Positions 54,018-64,000 of a DNA stretch of 64,000 nt are shown piece after piece. Both the position numbers and the translations under genes were made by a program. The notes under the pieces are model-generated. The model had not been told where the DNA came from and ran no database searches. It was given only the letters and a program-made list of their open reading frames with translations. Origin of the DNA: Octopus sinensis (lineage: Eukaryota); assembly GCF_006345805.1 (NCBI RefSeq), contig NC_043020.1, forward strand, positions 24,862,001-24,926,000, given 5' to 3'. Numbering within the stretch: position 1 is the first letter of the stretch; each line of letters opens with the position of its first letter.

Positions 54018-54652
54018 CGTGCGTCTTTGTGTGTGATGCATATGGTGGTGCCCCAGCATTGCCACTGTCTCAGGGCTGGAACGTGTAAAATAATATCTAC
54101 AACCGTATCTCTATCTATCTATCTATCTATCAATCTATCTGTCTGTCTGTATGTCTATCTATCTTGGGAATGTTAAGCGAATTTAGATGCTAAACCGTGA
54201 GTCGTGTAGCGACAGTCAGTTAATCGAAATTTCCATTGATTTCAATATGGGACGAAGTGTTACGTCTGATGGTTATCAACCTTTCTTTGTCGTATGTTGT
54301 CCACCTTTCGGCATCTATACTGACTCTGTACACCCTTGAAGCTAACAAACCTCTTGTACCAGGATTTTTAGGATCGTATTACCCTATAATTACTAATATC
54401 GATACAAACAGACAGTCAGACAGATAGATAGACAGACAGATAGACATACATACAGACAAATAGACAGATAGATATGTTTCTTTATTAGCCACACAGGGCT
54501 GCACACAGATAGAACAAATTACAAGGTAGAGCTTTTCCTTTGGGGGTAAAAAAAAAAGGGAGTGGTGGTTTTCGATCAAAAGGGATCGTAAAAGGAAAGA
54601 AAGAGGAAAAAGGTAAAAGAAAAGGAAAGAATAGACAGATAGATAGATAGAT

Positions 54653-54703
<51 letters not shown>

Positions 54704-55422
54704 CAGAGAGACAGATATAAGGTTGTAGAAATATATAATTGTTTATGGATGCGCACACACACACACACATTTAAAAGGAACACACTTCTCCATAACGAAC
54801 AGATGAGCTGACGGCGAAACAAACCTGACGGTGTTCAACGCACACACAGACACAGCGAGGCGCTGAGCCGGAGTGAAATGAGAAGGGCAACAGACGGTGG
54901 TTAAGATCTGAAGACGCACACACAGACACAGCCGACTGACACTGCTAAGCACCGACTATGGCTGGTCGGCACGCACACACAGACACAGCGTCTAAAGAAG
55001 CTACACGCACACACACGCACGAACATGCACTGAGGCACATGTTCACACAACACACACACACTTACACACACATACACACAGACATACACAAACACGCAGA
55101 ATATAGGCACAGATGCGCGCGCGCACACACACACACACACACGTATATATATACACGAACACAGACGCGCACACACGCACACGCACACATACGCACATCT
55201 GAACTGTACGTGACTTCGGGTTCACTCCCACACCTCGGTCAAGTGACTCCTACTATAACCCCAGAATGACTAAATACTCGGGAACAGATTTCCTACACAG
55301 AAACGGTGGGGGAAGAGCGTCCGTGAATATACATACATACATACATACAAATATATATTAACAAGACACTCTAATACACACACACCTCACACACACACAC
55401 ATATATATATATATATACATAC

Positions 55423-56143
55423 AGAGACCTACGTATAATTGTTGATAATAAAGTTGGAATGCCCACATCAACAATAAGGTCGATATAGCTCGTAGGATGA
55501 GTTCATGGATCTTAAGAACCTTCCGGTCCAAAGAACAAGGTGTCATCATTCCCCGTTTGTCCTCCTTTGTACGGCCACACTTCGAATACTGCTGCCCCTT
55601 GTGGTCTCCCGATACAAAACAAAACATCTCGAAACAAAACATCTCGATTACTGGGACCGCCTTAAAGCCTTGAAACTCTACTCTCTCCAGAGCCGCCGCG
55701 AGCGGTACATCATTTACACGATGTGGAGAATATACTGCCAGCATTGCCCAAACGATCTGAACATTACTTTCAAGGTTCATTCAAGGCTGGACCACGGGCC
55801 ATAGTCCCCTGCTCAATTCAGGATCACAACATATAGGTACACTGCGACACAAATTCTTTTCCTCAACAGGCCCTGCCCTGTTTAACATTGTCCCAAAACT
55901 GATCAAAGAGGAAAAAGATCCCATCACCTTTAAACAGAGCCTGGACAAATTTCTTCAAGGAATACCAGATAAGCCACCTATACCTGGATACAACTCACTC
56001 AACAAGAACTCACTACTTGAATGGACCATAATACCACAAAACCTGACTAAAAAAGGATTTAGATAATCCTATCAGGTGGTGTTATTAAGCTAGACATGGC
56101 CTGAGCCAGTCTTTGGTCGAAGCATCTAAGTTTATCTAAGTTT
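55423..56143 (+). mobile_element. CR1/L2-group LINE 3' end
   Basis: WNAHINNKV..RMSSWILRTFRSK, VRPHFEYCCPLWSP, LDYWDRLKALKLYSLQSRRERY, GPALFNIVP, FKQSLDKFLQGIPDKP; ends in an (ATCTAAGTTT)2 tail. Confidence 0.85.
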
Positions 56144-56213
56144 TATATGCATATATATGTATGTATGCATGTATATATATATACACACACAACACACACA
56201 CACACACACACAC

Positions 56214-56244
<31 letters not shown>

Positions 56245-56371
56245 TAATATATATATATATATATATATATATTGATAAAACGGTAAGATAACAAAAGAAA
56301 GAAAGAGACCTCAATATTATGTAAATAGAGGAAATTTATCTATACAATATGTTACATTACTCGGTAGTCAA

Positions 56372-56433
56372 GATAAAACTACTTGAGTTTCAGATGCCGA
56401 AGTGGAATCCACAACACCATCTCTTCGGTTATC
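56372..56433 (-). ncRNA. Variant type-I hammerhead motif in the PLE inverted arm
   Basis: Reverse-complement copy of 58363-58423; the stem III loop reads TCAAGTA here. Confidence 0.6.
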
Positions 56434-56907
56434 TGGCTATTTGAAAACCTTATGAAAAAATACCGTTAAAAATGAAGGGAAATTACTCTGTTGTAACTCT
56501 GCTTTGCCTGTGTACTTATACATCGCTCGCATTTTTCGTCATAAAAATTATATAAAAATACATAAAAATATATAAAAATATATAAAAATATATAAAATCT
56601 TCTTGGGACATTACACAGAAAGCATGTTCTATCCGTTTTCTTTAGGGGACCAAAAACGTAACAGGAATTTAGTACATGTGGGCATGATCCGAAAAGCTCT
56701 GTCCTTGTATTTAGACATGTGGTAGGGTCTAAGCTGCTTTTCCAGATAAGCCATCTCTCCATGTCGCATAAACCGCACCTTCCTTGCCGTTAGTATAGGG
56801 CTTACATCTGGCCAAAATCTTCCATTGTATGTTATAATCGACACCTTTATCTCTTAAAGACCAATATGATTGGATAATTGTGTCGCTTTTCTTTTGTTCC
56901 AGTGCCT

Positions 56908-58167
56908 TTTGTTCCAAGACATTACTTTTCAGTGAGAATGCAAAGTGGGTAAAAAACACCGACACGGAGGGCGCTTTCGATGTGAGCATGGGTTCATATG
57001 ATGGGGCAGGCATCTGTGATCTAATTGGACTCTTTCTCCTAGATACCTTCGGTAAGACATTCCCTAACGTACATTTCGCCATCTACAAAGATGATGCCCT
57101 CGCCTTAACAGCTAATACAAATGGACCAGCACAAGATCGTTTTAGGAAGGATATTATCCAGTTAATGAAACACTTCGGACTTAGTATAACTATAGACACT
57201 AACCTGACGGTTGTCAATTTCTTAGACGTTTCCTTAGATCTTAATAATAATATTTATAAGCCTTATAGGAAGCCAATGATAGACTAAGTTATATAATGTA
57301 GGTTCATGCCATCCCCCTATAGTATTCAAAATTTAGTTAAAAATATTAGTAAGAGGATTTCTAGCCTCTCATCTAATGAGGACATCTTCAATAGCGTTGC
57401 CCCAGTTTATAAAAAGCTTTAAAAGATAGTGGTTTTAGCGAAAAAATAAAATATACACCTATCACCAGCCCAACAATAAGGAAAAGGAATAATAGAATAG
57501 GAAGGTCATCTGGTTTACGCCCCCTTACTCACCCGAGGTGGCCTTCAATATAGGTAAATATTTCCTAGCACTGATAGATAGACATTTTCCAGTTAACCAT
57601 GCTTATAGGAAACTCTTCAATAGACACAATTTAAAAATTAGTTTTAGTTCAACTACCATTTTAAAAACATAATCAATCATAACATACAAAAAACACAAGA
57701 AGAAAACAGCTGTTCATGCAGGAATAAAGAATTGTGCCCGCTAAATGGAGCTTGCATGTCCAAGACCATCATATATGAAGCTACCGTAAACTCTATAACC
57801 ACTAAAGACACCGTTTCGACGAAGAAGATACGTGGGCCTGACAGAGGGTAATTTCAAGGCCAGGTTCAATAACCACACTTTGAGCTTTAGGCACTGGAAC
57901 AAAAGAAAAGCGACACAATTATCCAATCATATTTGGTCTTTAAGAGATAAAGTGTCGATTATAACATACAATGGAAGATTTTGGCCAGATGTAAGCCCTA
58001 TACTAACGGCAGCGGAAGGTGCGGTTTATGCGACATGGAGATGGCTTATCTGGAAAAGCAGCTTAGACCCTACCACATGTCTAAATACAAGGACAGAGCT
58101 TTTCGGATCATGCCCACATGTGACTAAATTCCTGTTACGTTTTTGGTCCCCTAAAGAAAACGGATAG
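56908..58167 (+). pseudogene. PLE RT-GIY-YIG polyprotein fragment, frameshifted
   Basis: ORFs 56880-57287 and 57832-58167 plus intervening frames (VIWFTPPYS, IGKYFLALIDRHFP, KLFNRHNLKISFS) join after several single-base indels. Confidence 0.85.
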
Positions 58168-58362
58168 AACATGCTTTCTGTGTAATGTCCCAAGAAGATT
58201 TTATATATTTTTATATATTTTTATATATTTTTATGTATTTTTATATAATTTTTATGACGAAAAATGCGAGCGATGTATAAGTACACAGGCAAAGCAGAGT
58301 TACAACAGAGTAATTTCCCTTCATTTTTAACGGTATTTTTTCATAAGGTTTTCAAATAGCCA

Positions 58363-58423
58363 GATAACCGAAGAGATGGTGTTGTGGATTTCCACTTCGG
58401 CATCTGAAACTCAGAGTTTTATC
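58363..58423 (+). ncRNA. Variant type-I hammerhead motif in the PLE 3' arm
   Basis: GATAA-CCGAAGA-GATG..CATC-T-GAAAC-TCAGA-GTT-TTATC: stem I GATAA/TTATC, stem II GATG/CATC with inner GTGGA/TCCAC hairpin, core with a U4C change, GUU triplet. Confidence 0.65.
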
Positions 58424-58446
58424 TTGACTACCGAGTAATGTAACAT

Positions 58447-58522
<76 letters not shown>

Positions 58523-58620
58523 CGTGTGTTTGTGAGTGTGTGTGTGTGTTTATGTATATGGTTCTAGGTCAATTCTATTGCGGTCAATTTCACTATAGGT
58601 AATATGAATATATTTTAGAT

Positions 58621-59028
58621 TACTCTTTTACTCTTTTACTCTTTTACTTGTTTCAGTCATTTGACTGCGGCCATGCTGGAGCACCGCCTTTAGTCGAGCA
58701 AATCGACCCCGGGACTTATTCTTTGTAAGCCCGGTACTTATTCTATCAGTCTCTTTTGCCGAACCGCTAAGTAACGGGGACGTAAACACACCAGCATCGG
58801 TTGTCAAGCAATGCTAGGGGGACAAACACAGGCACACAAACACACACACATACATATATATATATACATATATACGACAGGCTTCTATCAGTTTCTGTCT
58901 ACCAAATCCACTCACAAGGCATTGGTCGGCCCGGGGCTATAGCAGAAGACACTTGCCCAAGATGCCACGCAGTGGGACTGAACCCGGAACCATGTGGTTG
59001 TTTAGCAAGCTACTTACCACACAGCCAC
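58621..59028 (-). mobile_element. SINE family B, near-intact
   Basis: tRNA-like head GTGGCTGTGTGGTAAG..GGGTTCAGTCCC, TTGGGCAAGTGTCTTC core, internal (TA/TG)n, 3' part GCTCCAGCATGGCCGCAGTCAAATG and (AAAAGAGT)n tail. Confidence 0.9.
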
Positions 59029-59089
59029 TAAGATTTTTTTAAATGATGACGAGGACATAAAAATAAAGTGATGAAAAAAGTTAAAATTA

Positions 59090-59660
59090 TTTGAAGAAAA
59101 CTCTTTTATGACAAATTGCGTGCAATATTTCTTAAAAATTGCAGAGCATTTTCAGATTAATAATTCTCAACTGGCTACTTTAGGTTTTATTTATTTTTTT
59201 TTTCTTTGTTGTCGACTCTCCACGTCGGATGTACGCAATTTTCAACTGGCTTAAGCCTTCTTTTGTCTTAAGGGCATTGCATAGTTTCCATAAATGTGGA
59301 TGTCTGGATGTTATCGATGACTGCAAAATATTCCTTCTACCGATTTATTTGCTCTTGGCAAGTCACTTAAAACGCGATCGTGTATATTCCAGAGTTGGAT
59401 AAGGAAACTGTGGGGTTTCTCTTCGTCGGCGGAGACCCTTACAGTCCCAATATATGAATTCTCAAAATAAGTGATAAACTCAGAAGAGATGCTTTCATCA
59501 TCAGACAAATCTTCAAATCCATTTACAACGTCTTCAATTGGTAAAAATGCTAAAGCGCAAAAACACTTAATTTTAAGCTGAAATCTTTCATCCGTGTTGT
59601 ATCTCACCAAGTGCACATATCTTCTGCCAAATAGACTGTCTGAGATGAATAACACATCCA
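59090..59660 (-). mobile_element. MULE (Mutator-like) transposase fragment
   Basis: YNTDERFQLKIKCFCALAFLP, YFENSYIG, LWNIHDRVLSDLPRANKSVEG; after a shift HPHLWKLCNALK. Confidence 0.8.
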
Positions 59661-59789
59661 ACTATTTCTAAATGCAGAAATACAGAAGCAAATGAATTAT
59701 GGAGAGATTTTTCGAAGACCACGAGACAGGCCGCAGGTCGATAACTTGCCTTTAAATCTCGCACAGCAGACAGAACTCAATGATATGAG

Positions 59790-60415
59790 CCCCTCTCTAA
59801 CTATTTAAAGCTGTATATGACACTGGTACATCCACACTTATAGTTTGCATCACCAATCTGGAACCCCTACCTTACTCTGCATACCAATATTCTGGAAACT
59901 GTTCAGAAACGAGCAATAAAACGAATACTCGCCGCCAGGCATCTACCATGCTCTGAATGTCTTGCTTCCCTGGGTATGGATACATTGGAGCTCAGACGTC
60001 TGGCATCAGACTTGGTTGACACCAACAAGATTATTCCCCATCCTTCCAACAACAACTCTGGGTATCTTTATGAATTCCATATGACAAACACTCGCAGACA
60101 TGCTTATAAAATCAAAATACAACACAGCACCCATGACTTTCAGGAACATTTTGTCATGCTCAGAATTGCTGAAGCATGGAATAAACTATCTGCATCAGTT
60201 GTTAGATGTCGTGACATTACGTCCTTCAAAACTTCCATGCTTCCTGAAATCCACCAACAGTACATCTGATGCCTCACCCCACCCGCTTTTTTGTTTTAAA
60301 CGTCTCACTCACTGTTCACTTTCTGTGCATCATTCTATGTGCTGTACACGGCCCTTTTGGCTACCTTTTCTCATGAGTTGTAGAGTACCTGAGCAATGTA
60401 TACAATAAGCTCGTT
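59790..60415 (+). mobile_element. CR1-group LINE 3' end (second family)
   Basis: LKLYMTLVHPHL*FASPIWNPY, ILETVQKRA, LGMDTLELRRLASDL, NTRRHAYK, RIAEAWNKL; 3' UTR runs into (TA)n. Confidence 0.85.
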
Positions 60416-60639
60416 ATATATATATATATATCTTTTTTAATTGGCGGTGATCCACCATGGCCGCAGCCCAAGGGCAGAAAGTATGAAAGGATAAAACAAT
60501 AAAAGTATATGAGTGTATGTATATATATTTATTTATACATATCCATATATGTTATAGACATATATATATATGTGCGTATGTGTGTGTGTGTGTGTGTGTA
60601 TGCATGCATGTATGTGTATGTGCTCGTATTTGTGTGTGA

Positions 60640-60845
60640 GTATTTGTGTATCCCCCCACCAGAGTTTGACAACAGGTGTAGGGTTGTATAAATCCTCGTA
60701 ACTTAGCAGTTTGGCCAAAAGAAACCGATAGACTAATTACCAAACTTCAGAACTGTAAGTACTGGTGTGGATTTGTTCGACTGAATCCTTTCAAGGCGCT
60801 GCTCCAGCATGGGAGCAGCCCAAAGACTAAAACAAAGTGAAAGAA
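60640..60845 (+). mobile_element. SINE family B 3' half
   Basis: CGTAACTTAGCAGTTTGGCCAAAAGAAACCGATAG..GCTCCAGCATGG. Confidence 0.75.
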
Positions 60846-61277
60846 AAAAAGAGAAAGAGCACAATCGGGTTCCAGCGGGAAGTAAACAACAACAACCAAC
60901 CTTCTTGAAGAACGATTCCTCGACACCCGAATAACAGATCGATAATCAGCGCTTCATTACCATCACCATCATCATCATCATCATAAACAAGCTTCACTAT
61001 CACCATCTCCTCCGCCACCATCACCACCACCACTGCCACCATCACCACCATCACCACCACCACCATCACCATCACCACAAACACCAACGCTACGACCTTC
61101 ACCTATATTAAACGAGGAAGCTTCTACGTTGTCGTTCAGCCTGTTACTGAAATAGCATCCAAAATTTCCCTGAAATCCCACCTATCCTCTTATTGCATTG
61201 TTATGGAGCTGGGGTTTTTTTTAACGCTATTCGGCGATTTTTCTCCATTTTCACCACCCACAGCTTGCATTATCTTT

Positions 61278-61490
61278 TTAAGGCGGTCACCTGGCAGAAT
61301 CGTTAGCACGCCGGAAAAATGTATTGTGGCATTTCGTTCTTCTTTGCGTTCTGAGTTCAAATTCCGCCCAATTTATCTGTCATCCTTTCGGAATCGATGC
61401 AATAAGTATCAGTCAAATACTAGGGTAGATGTAATCAACTAAGCCCAACATCTAAAATTTCAGGCAATTTACCTAGAATAAAAAGGATTA
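61278..61490 (+). mobile_element. SINE family A monomer
   Basis: GGCGGTCACCTGGCAGAATCGTTAGCACGCCGG..TTCTGAGTTCAAATTCCGCC. Confidence 0.8.
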
Positions 61491-61956
61491 ATTCTTCAGC
61501 CACCATTCGTTCTTCATCACAAAATGTTGATGTAATGCTCCTGGGGGTGGGCTTTCTACCATGGCCTTTATCGACAGCTAAGATTAAGGACGATAAAATA
61601 TTTTTTCTGCCATCTCTTGATCTGAGAACAGTGGTTTTATGGCGACTATAAATTCTGTATCCTGCGGCTTTTATTTCTAGCTCTGTTGCAGTCCGTCCTT
61701 TCCCTCTGCTTTCTCCCGGCTCAGAGTGGAAAGTTTTCCTGTCACTCTCACTGCCGCATTTGTAATGTCTGCGCTTTATACCTTTTATCCCCAAACATGC
61801 TCTTCTTCCTGCACTTGCGATGGATTTGGGGTCTGGGACGTCGTTGAGACCCCAAATCCATTTGGGCCCTCTATCACATGCAGCTTTTGGTTACATTTAC
61901 GATTATTATTTGCTTTTAAAGCGTCAAGAAGGTGACTAGAAGCTAAAGGTTTACAC

Positions 61957-62153
61957 CAGCAGTTCTCAACCGCGACTCTCGTTGCCGCATGCGACCCTCA
62001 GTCATCATTCCGGCAGCCCTCGGCGGTCTTCCCTTTATAAATATAATAAAGTTTTCTTTAATTCCCCTGTGATTTAGTTTTTTTAATGCAGCCCCCTTAA
62101 AATGATCCTGGTTTGGGATCTAGCCCGGATATTAAAAAGGTGGAGAACTGCTG
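61957..62153. mobile_element. hAT-type MITE
   Basis: TIRs CAGCAGTTCTCAACC / GGTGGAGAACTGCTG; 8-bp TSD GTTTACAC / GTTTATAC. Confidence 0.85.
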
Positions 62154-63239
62154 GTTTATACACATCCTGTCCTTATAGCATCACCGAGATGACAACTACC
62201 TAAGAGTTTATATTCGCTATTAAGGTGAATATCATTCTGTTTCATTCCTCTCATGCATTTCGTTGCCAGCCTTCAGGAAGGAAGCTATTTGTCGCAATGA
62301 AACAGTTTGCCTCCTTATATTTCCATCTTGAAAACCACACATATACTCTCATATGCCTCTCGTTGATCAAGAGAAATACAATAATCTATGTATCAGATGT
62401 GGCATCTTTCAGTTGCTCCTTTGCGAATAGACCAAAAGTCCCTCCAGGGATGATAATCAAAGATGTGACACTGTCGGCGTGTCCTTTCCTCCTCGATACA
62501 ATCGCTAGAGAAAGAGAGTGGAGAGTTTTTGATTACTTCACTTCCAACATTCGTATTCTGAGAGTCGAGCCAGTTTCTGAGCAGAGTTGTTCGTTGGGTT
62601 TCGAATCCAACAGACGACCCTAATCAGAAACTGGGATGTGTCCTTGTTACTCGTGTGATTCGGGTGAACCAGCTCAGTTTTTTTTTTGGCCACGCTGCTA
62701 GATTTTTCCGAGTTGGAGCTGAGAATCCAGCTGGATTGTCGGTTCGTGTAGGTCGACTACATGCTACTTATCACAGCAGTTGAGGAGGTATCTCGCAGAG
62801 AAGGGATCTGACCGACAATCTGCTGGACGGGTCTTCCGGAAGGACCTGGCAGTATATCGATAAATTGTGAGTGCAACAACGCGCTGCAGTGTCGCACGCC
62901 GCCCACACCTCACCTCTTCGGACCCATGTTCAGAATTACTTTTTTGTGAACAACATTGGCAAAATACTTGCCGTCTCAGTTACCATCTCAATTGTTCTTT
63001 GCAGTTTGTGAAATTGTCTTCTTTTTGTTTGCGTAGTGCCAATGTCTGTGTTTACTGCTTAAAGAGTTTTCATTTTTCCTTTCTGGTCAGTTTTGTTTTT
63101 CTATATTCATGTTCGTCTTCACAAAATATTCGAAGATTTATTCAAACTTCTTGGCGACGTGTTCGCCAGACGATGAAAAGACAGTCATGTTTTTAAACAA
63201 CGAATATTTACAAAACAAAACAAACATGTTCGACGACAA

Positions 63240-64000
63240 ACCTTAGATTTTCTACCCCAGGGTACAGACAAAATATAAATCAACTGGAACTGATAATAGT
63301 AAATTAGATATAGACATCGAAATCGGAGAATTCTTTCAGCAGCACAGACACAAATAAAAGAAATAATACAAAGAAATGATTGATAAAATTAAGAAAGAGT
63401 ATTAGAGAAAAGCCAGACTTAATATAAATAAGTAAATTCATTTCTAGTAATAAGAGAATAAATATATGTTGGCCATTTTTGTTGTAAATTTACAGCTTCA
63501 GTATAACACACGGGATGTTAAGTGAATTGAAAAGCTTAGAAATAAAAACAGGAAATTATTGACAGCATTCCTGTGCTACCATTCCAATGTCGATATAGAC
63601 AGAATATACCTATCCTGCAAATAATGAGGGCGGGGCATGATATAAATAGAAAACTTGTAAAACAGACAATGTAATAGAACAAGAAACAAATACGAAACAA
63701 AGAAAGGGAACCTAATATATGTAATAAGGAAACATGAAGGAAAATAAGCAGTTCTTTATATATAAGAAAACTATAAAATAGAAACCGGAAACTAACATCA
63801 CTGAACTCACAAATTTAGATTAGGAAAAACAATTCAAAAGGTTAAAAAAGAAACAAAAGACAAAATCAAAATGTATTTCGAAAATGTATTGAAGGAAAAT
63901 ATAGAGAAAACCCACTCCATGGTCAATATCCAACAGCTGGACGGAAAGGAAGGAAGCAGGAGTGAAAGCAAATATCAGCTGGAAAATTGTAGACTAAAAA
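63240..64000 (+). mobile_element. Highly degraded R4/Dong-like LINE (post-RT region), runs off the window
   Basis: Remnant motifs KNRKLLT..YHSNVDIDRIYL...GRG and, after a shift, a (K)PLHGQYP-like motif; many stops. Confidence 0.5.

Larger units (their letters stand above)
56281..58454 (+). mobile_element. Penelope-like retroelement (Naiad-type), 5'-truncated, with inverted terminal arm
   Basis: RT motifs LLFSENAKWVK, FDVSMGSYDGAGICDLIG, IYKDDAL, VVNFLDVSLDL, KPYRKP; linker CSCRNKELCPLNGAC; GIY-YIG region IIYEA..YVGLTEGNFKARFNNH. 56341-56907 is the reverse complement of 57889-58454. (TA)n lies on both flanks. Confidence 0.92.

Noticed and set aside
54798-54830. CAGATGA-GCTGACGGC-GAAAC hammerhead-like string
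   Set aside because: Core substitution, and no valid GUH triplet or stem I.
57700-57800. Selenocysteine-encoding Naiad
   Set aside because: The conserved cysteines in the linker use TGT/TGC, and no in-frame TGA was seen at those positions.
62225-63200. ORFs 62225-62623 and 62867-63196 as genes or LINE endonuclease
   Set aside because: No diagnostic motifs; left unassigned pending BLASTX.

Overview
Eukaryotic, AT-rich window saturated with microsatellites and transposable-element (TE) remnants. The repeat families and composition look like a coleoid cephalopod, most likely Octopus (inference from recalled repeat sequences, not a database hit). Nearly all ORFs in the supplied track are translations of simple repeats. 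Supported content: (1) many copies of two tRNA-derived SINE families, including a dimeric form with a 12-bp target-site duplication (TSD); (2) a Penelope-like element (Naiad-type RT plus GIY-YIG) with an inverted terminal arm, each arm carrying a variant hammerhead ribozyme (HHR) motif (56281-58454); (3) a non-coding ~546-bp tandem array with an inverted last unit and three minimal type-I HHR motifs, a retrozyme-like element and the most interesting feature here (46268-48040); (4) fragments of CR1-like, CRE-like and R4/Dong-like LINEs, a MULE transposase, two Tc1/mariner deletion derivatives, and pogo/Tigger and hAT MITEs, some nested; (5) small perfect foldbacks inside (TA)n tracts. Only one host-gene candidate has modest support (minus strand, ~29.3-30.3 kb, product unknown), plus a few isolated exon-like segments. 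Scattered single-base indels suggest uncorrected long-read errors, so frameshifts must be read cautiously. No prokaryotic features, CRISPR arrays or rRNA were seen.
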